Positions 37,035 through 37,111 of a stretch of DNA of 37,111 bases are shown piece after piece. The notes beneath the pieces were generated by a model, which was not told the DNA's origin, ran no database searches, and was given only the letters and a program-made list of their open reading frames with translations. Numbering within the stretch: the first letter of the stretch is position 1; every line of letters starts with the position of its first letter. Source of the stretch: Deltaproteobacteria bacterium. GTDB lineage: Bacteria; Desulfobacterota; Desulfobacteria; Desulfobacterales; ETH-SRB1. The position numbers and the translations under genes were made by a program. The DNA is taken from contig JAIVWD010000005.1 in assembly GCA_049190315.1 (NCBI GenBank), positions 1-37,111 of the forward strand, given 5' to 3'.

Positions 37035-37111
37035 AATTTGCGCCCAAATTTGCCGTAGATTTCATCGATCTGATTGAGCAAAACCGCAGGAATAGCGGGC
37101 TATTTCGAGGA
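37008..37111. mobile_element. MITE (IS5-like termini), copy 2, truncated by the window end
   Basis: AGGGCTCGGTCAAAAATAAGTTGGTAGAATTTGCGCCCAAATTTGCCGTAGATTT... is the reverse complement of ~20337-20440 with a few substitutions. Confidence 0.85.

Overview
AT-rich bacterial window; gene content and repeat style suggest Desulfobacterota (Desulfobacterales-like), which is an inference. Left (1-10.5 kb): an IS1595-family element truncating an RlaP/YcgL-type nucleotidyltransferase beside a partial DUF4258-like gene, then MuiA-like DUF4139, PHP, ApgM-like mutase, NadM-like nucleotidyltransferase, M48 peptidase, xth and a DUF6973-like membrane protein. Centre (10.7-32.4 kb): a Wzx/Wzy exopolysaccharide locus in two convergent arms. 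The + arm has a kinase, Wzx, methyltransferase, three GT4s, a deacetylase and an Alg14/Alg13 pair. The - arm has a priming GT, a TPR protein, a vWA-OmpA lipoprotein, an ExeA-like ATPase, OPX, PCP, a BY (pseudo)kinase, a Wzy-like protein and a deacetylase. Right: ileS-lspA-lgt. Most notable: (i) the vWA-OmpA lipoprotein carries an inserted module with two CxxCH heme-c motifs; (ii) many small non-autonomous elements, including a family with conserved inner cores but different 7-mer or 9-mer tandem-repeat arms, several supplying the 3' ends of host genes; (iii) NrdR-box-like palindromes placed symmetrically inside both IS ends; (iv) a BY kinase lacking its Walker A lysine. All family calls come from motif recognition by eye, not database searches.
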